Part shown: positions 61,355-64,000 of the stretch, piece after piece | Position numbering within the stretch: position 1 is the first letter of the stretch | How the letters are laid out: every line of letters begins with the position of its first letter | Source of the DNA: a virus | Taxonomy: Duplodnaviria > Caudoviricetes | Virus record (IMG/VR): IMGVR_UViG_3300029288_000119 | Coordinates: 29,503 to 93,502 of that record | Direction: 5' to 3' (one strand) | Length of the DNA stretch: 64,000 nt | The notes under the pieces: model-generated | What the model was told of the DNA's origin: nothing | The model's database searches: none | What the model saw: only the letters and a program-made list of their open reading frames with translations | Made by a program: the position numbers and the translations under genes

Positions 61355-62090
61355 CTTGTTTCATAACTGGCTGTGGTGTAATTTCATCAATATACCCACG
61401 AATAGCCACAGAATCGTATGCTGGCATTTTCTTTATAAATTCTACCTTATCTTTTTCAGTGGCACATCCTTCTATTTCATCAATTTGTTTTATTAAACGC
61501 ATCGTAATTGGCTCTGCCTGCAATTGCAATCCACCCTTAATTTTCTTCTTGTTCTCTTCCATCTGGTCTATTTCAGCATCGTCTTTAGATGTCAAAAGAT
61601 GGAATTTAATATTCTTTTTTGATCTTGGAAGAGTATATATAAATTGATTTTTACCCTCCTCAACCGGATCTGCACCCAACTCTTTAACTTGAATTTTGTC
61701 TAATACCACATTGGCGGTAAATGACTTTCCACAAGAATCACATTTAAAATCCGGAACTTCATAAGATGATCCGTAACCAATTATTCTGGCCCACAATAGC
61801 AAAGTATTTTTATCACCAACAATTAATTCAGAAAGATCTATTGATTTGTCAACAACAAGTGCAGCGATTAGTTTATCTAAAGCCGTCCCTTGTTTCAAGA
61901 GCGAACGATTGTTAAGAATGTTTTCATCCTGGGCCGTCATGCACCGAATTGCGATAGTCTTTTTCATGTGGAGTGGTGATGACGGCGGGTAGATTTTCCC
62001 GCCTGATGGTAGTGGCGATAATTCCGACTGGTTTGAATCAGTAGATTCTTGCTTGAAACGGTTTTCAATTTCTTTATTCACATCTGACAT
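61269..62090 (-). CDS. gp26-like baseplate hub / tail assembly chaperone
   Basis: LPSGGKIYP, MTAQDENIL, L.VGDK..LL..RI.GYG, CDSC and CPHC, C-terminal SFFWP. Confidence 0.8.
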   Translation of the reverse strand: MSDVNKEIENRFKQESTDSNQSELSPLPSGGKIYPPSSPLHMKKTIAIRCMTAQDENILNNRSLLKQGTALDKLIAALVVDKSIDLSELIVGDKNTLLLWARIIGYGSSYEVPDFKCDSCGKSFTANVVLDKIQVKELGADPVEEGKNQFIYTLPRSKKNIKFHLLTSKDDAEIDQMEENKKKIKGGLQLQAEPITMRLIKQIDEIEGCATEKDKVEFIKKMPAYDSVAIRGYIDEITPQPVMKQDVVCPHCGESKEQMVPLGVSFFWPKGLA

Positions 62091-62144
62091 ATTATACCTC
62101 TCACTTATATAATTAGTTTACTACAAAAAATTTGAATTGTATAT

Positions 62145-62801
62145 TTACCTTCTATTATAATGAGTATTATATATTTCGTCCGTCAAGCCATAATCAACAA
62201 GAACAGCCATTGGTTTGCCATTTCTGTTAACTTCGCCCCAAGAATTAATTCTACGATAATCCCCAGGTTGCTGTGCAAAATCAATAACCATAGATATTAC
62301 TTTATTGGCAAATTCATTTTTCTCCATCATCTTTGCATCTTCATCTGTATAATAATAAGCAAGAGCCGGAGATTCACCACGGTCATGCAGTAGATATTGA
62401 TCCCATAACCACGCAGTAAATTTATCAAAATCAAGCCCAGTTATTGCTTTGAATCTTGATTTAGAAATTTTAGTTGCTTGCTCCACAACAATCCAAATGC
62501 CATTCTCATCACAATCTACAATTTGGGTTACTAGGTCACCATACATATCCTGAAGACCACCATCACATTCCGATTCATTTTGGGCTATACCTTTAGGATT
62601 TTTAGCAAGTTTCAAAATTTTCCCATTTGGTAATTCAAATATTTCTCTTCCAGAACCAGAGGTTATGCGATGACCCAAGGATCCACCAACCAACTTACCT
62701 TTAATATAATCAGAACGACCCTTAAATGTTTTTATGGAGGACAATTGTTTTAAATCGAGCTGTCCAATAGTTTGTTCATATATCAACTTAATGAGCTTCA
62801 T
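62145..62801 (-). CDS. protein-kinase-like enzyme with leader
   Basis: SGSGREIF (Gly loop), ILKLA (Lys), QNESE (helix C Glu), GDYRRIN (catalytic loop), LVDYG (DFG-like); MKLIKLIYE leader. Confidence 0.65.
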   Translation of the reverse strand: MKLIKLIYEQTIGQLDLKQLSSIKTFKGRSDYIKGKLVGGSLGHRITSGSGREIFELPNGKILKLAKNPKGIAQNESECDGGLQDMYGDLVTQIVDCDENGIWIVVEQATKISKSRFKAITGLDFDKFTAWLWDQYLLHDRGESPALAYYYTDEDAKMMEKNEFANKVISMVIDFAQQPGDYRRINSWGEVNRNGKPMAVLVDYGLTDEIYNTHYNRR

Positions 62802-63373
62802 GCTAATTCCAACTTTATCTTTTTGTTTCTGGATTTGTTTATGTATTTTATATATTTGCTGATTAATTTCTTATCACCACAACCATAAAAATATTGAAGT
62901 TCTTGGTCATCCCCGTCAATAAATGCGTGATAATTTTGTACCACAAAACGAACTAGATTTTTATTATTTTCTTCACACCATGTATTAAACAAGAAATCTC
63001 TTTTTATTACCTCGTATATTAATTGATCCACATCATCTTTACTTTGCGATATTTCATTTATATCCCTAGTTAATCCATGCCAGAAAATATCATCATACAT
63101 TACATAAATTTCATTACCATCAAAATTTTCAACAAAATCTATATTATAATTTAGTGTAGACACATCGCAATGAGTATCGAATACTATATTGCTATCCGGA
63201 GTTTCATCCACACATTCATATTGTTTTTCAATGTCTAAATCGTTATATATATTAGATTGTTGTCTAATATCGGAAATAGATGTAACTTGCAACATATCAT
63301 GTCTGAGCTTATATTTCCAAGACAACGGATAGGTGGGAATACTAGAACTAGATAAATCAGTCCCAATCATCAT
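62798..63373 (-). CDS. hypothetical protein
   Basis: Start refined to ATG 63373, just after ATAATTA. Confidence 0.5.
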   Translation of the reverse strand: MMIGTDLSSSSIPTYPLSWKYKLRHDMLQVTSISDIRQQSNIYNDLDIEKQYECVDETPDSNIVFDTHCDVSTLNYNIDFVENFDGNEIYVMYDDIFWHGLTRDINEISQSKDDVDQLIYEVIKRDFLFNTWCEENNKNLVRFVVQNYHAFIDGDDQELQYFYGCGDKKLISKYIKYINKSRNKKIKLELA

Positions 63374-63429
63374 ATTAATTATTGTAATAGCACAAACCCT
63401 GGGTGTATAATTAATAAAAGGAAATAAAA

Positions 63430-63891
63430 ATGACAAAAATATGCCGTATAAAACTTAGTAATTTACAAAAAATTATGTCTGAACAAACATCCAACAATGA
63501 ATTGGGTAGCAAGCTTTGGGATATCATTAAAAAGAATAGAGAAAATGCACCACCAATAACATCAATTGTTGATCCGAATACATTTAATGAAAATTCCGCG
63601 TTAAAAATTCAAGACTCAATTAATGCACCATTTTCACGAGTAAACATATCAACATTAGGTGGAAAAGAACGTGCCTCATTGTTAATCACCATTTCACTAG
63701 ATCCAAGAGAAGAATGGGCCAATGGAATAATTGAAAATTCACGACTTACCAGATTCCATTTATCACATGATGGAATTTTAGATCAATTTCATCGTTTTAG
63801 CCGTCCGGTTAAACCATTTAGAAAAACTAGAGTAAAAAGTATTGACGATGCTATTGTAAAGATAAATACCTATTTGAAAGCAATTACCTGA
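63430..63891 (+). CDS. KICRIKLSN leader-bearing hypothetical protein
   Basis: MTKICRIKLSNLQKIMSE; ATAATTA plus AAGGA upstream. Confidence 0.6.
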   Translation: MTKICRIKLSNLQKIMSEQTSNNELGSKLWDIIKKNRENAPPITSIVDPNTFNENSALKIQDSINAPFSRVNISTLGGKERASLLITISLDPREEWANGIIENSRLTRFHLSHDGILDQFHRFSRPVKPFRKTRVKSIDDAIVKINTYLKAIT

Positions 63892-64000
63892 GTGGTTTTC
63901 GATACATTGGTTCACTAATACGGAAATCTTTGTTCCTTCCTTTGTTTTTAATAAAACCATGAGATTTGTAAAAATCTGTAAGTTTCTTTTTGTATCGCGG

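Noticed and set aside
307-63960. Many short antisense ORFs in the track (e.g. 5160..5537, 50061..50567, 57633..57974)
   Set aside because: Shadow frames fully inside well-supported genes, with no motifs.
1-64000. Alternative genetic code (TAG or TGA reassignment)
   Set aside because: Conserved genes are full length in the standard code, and TAA, TAG and TGA all end genes at expected positions.
1-64000. CRISPR array, tRNAs, rRNA
   Set aside because: No repeat-spacer array or cloverleaf seen and intergenic gaps are short. The Cas4-like gene is a solo phage nuclease. Not checked with tRNAscan or Infernal.

Overview
AT-rich 64 kb segment of a large (jumbo-type) T4-like myophage genome, with almost all genes on the minus strand and the standard genetic code. 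Replication and recombination genes: DnaE-type polymerase, DnaB/gp41 helicase, 5'-3' exonuclease, RecA/UvsX, gp32-like SSB, a truncated family-A polymerase core and a Cas4-like nuclease. Nucleotide metabolism: class II RNR, dCMP deaminase, MazG-like and HAD nucleotidases, an HD hydrolase, and an adenylosuccinate-synthetase homologue with PurZ-type residues. Also present: a tubulin/FtsZ-family GTPase, a gp55-like late sigma factor, a contractile tail/baseplate module (gp25, gp6, gp53, gp26/gp51 chaperone, tape measure) and four free-standing homing endonucleases. Most notable: (1) a PurZ-like gene in a DnaE-encoding AT-rich jumbo phage without clear canonical Z-pathway partners in this window; (2) about ten unrelated proteins (proteases, an ART-fold protein, a kinase-like protein) sharing a short N-terminal leader ending in [IL]-x-E, resembling a capsid-targeting/prohead-protease signal, with two leader copies out of frame with their cargo; (3) an ATAATTA-N4-ATG motif suggesting leaderless late transcripts; (4) a probable +1/-2 frameshift in the tail chaperone. 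All calls come from reading motifs by eye; no database searches were run.
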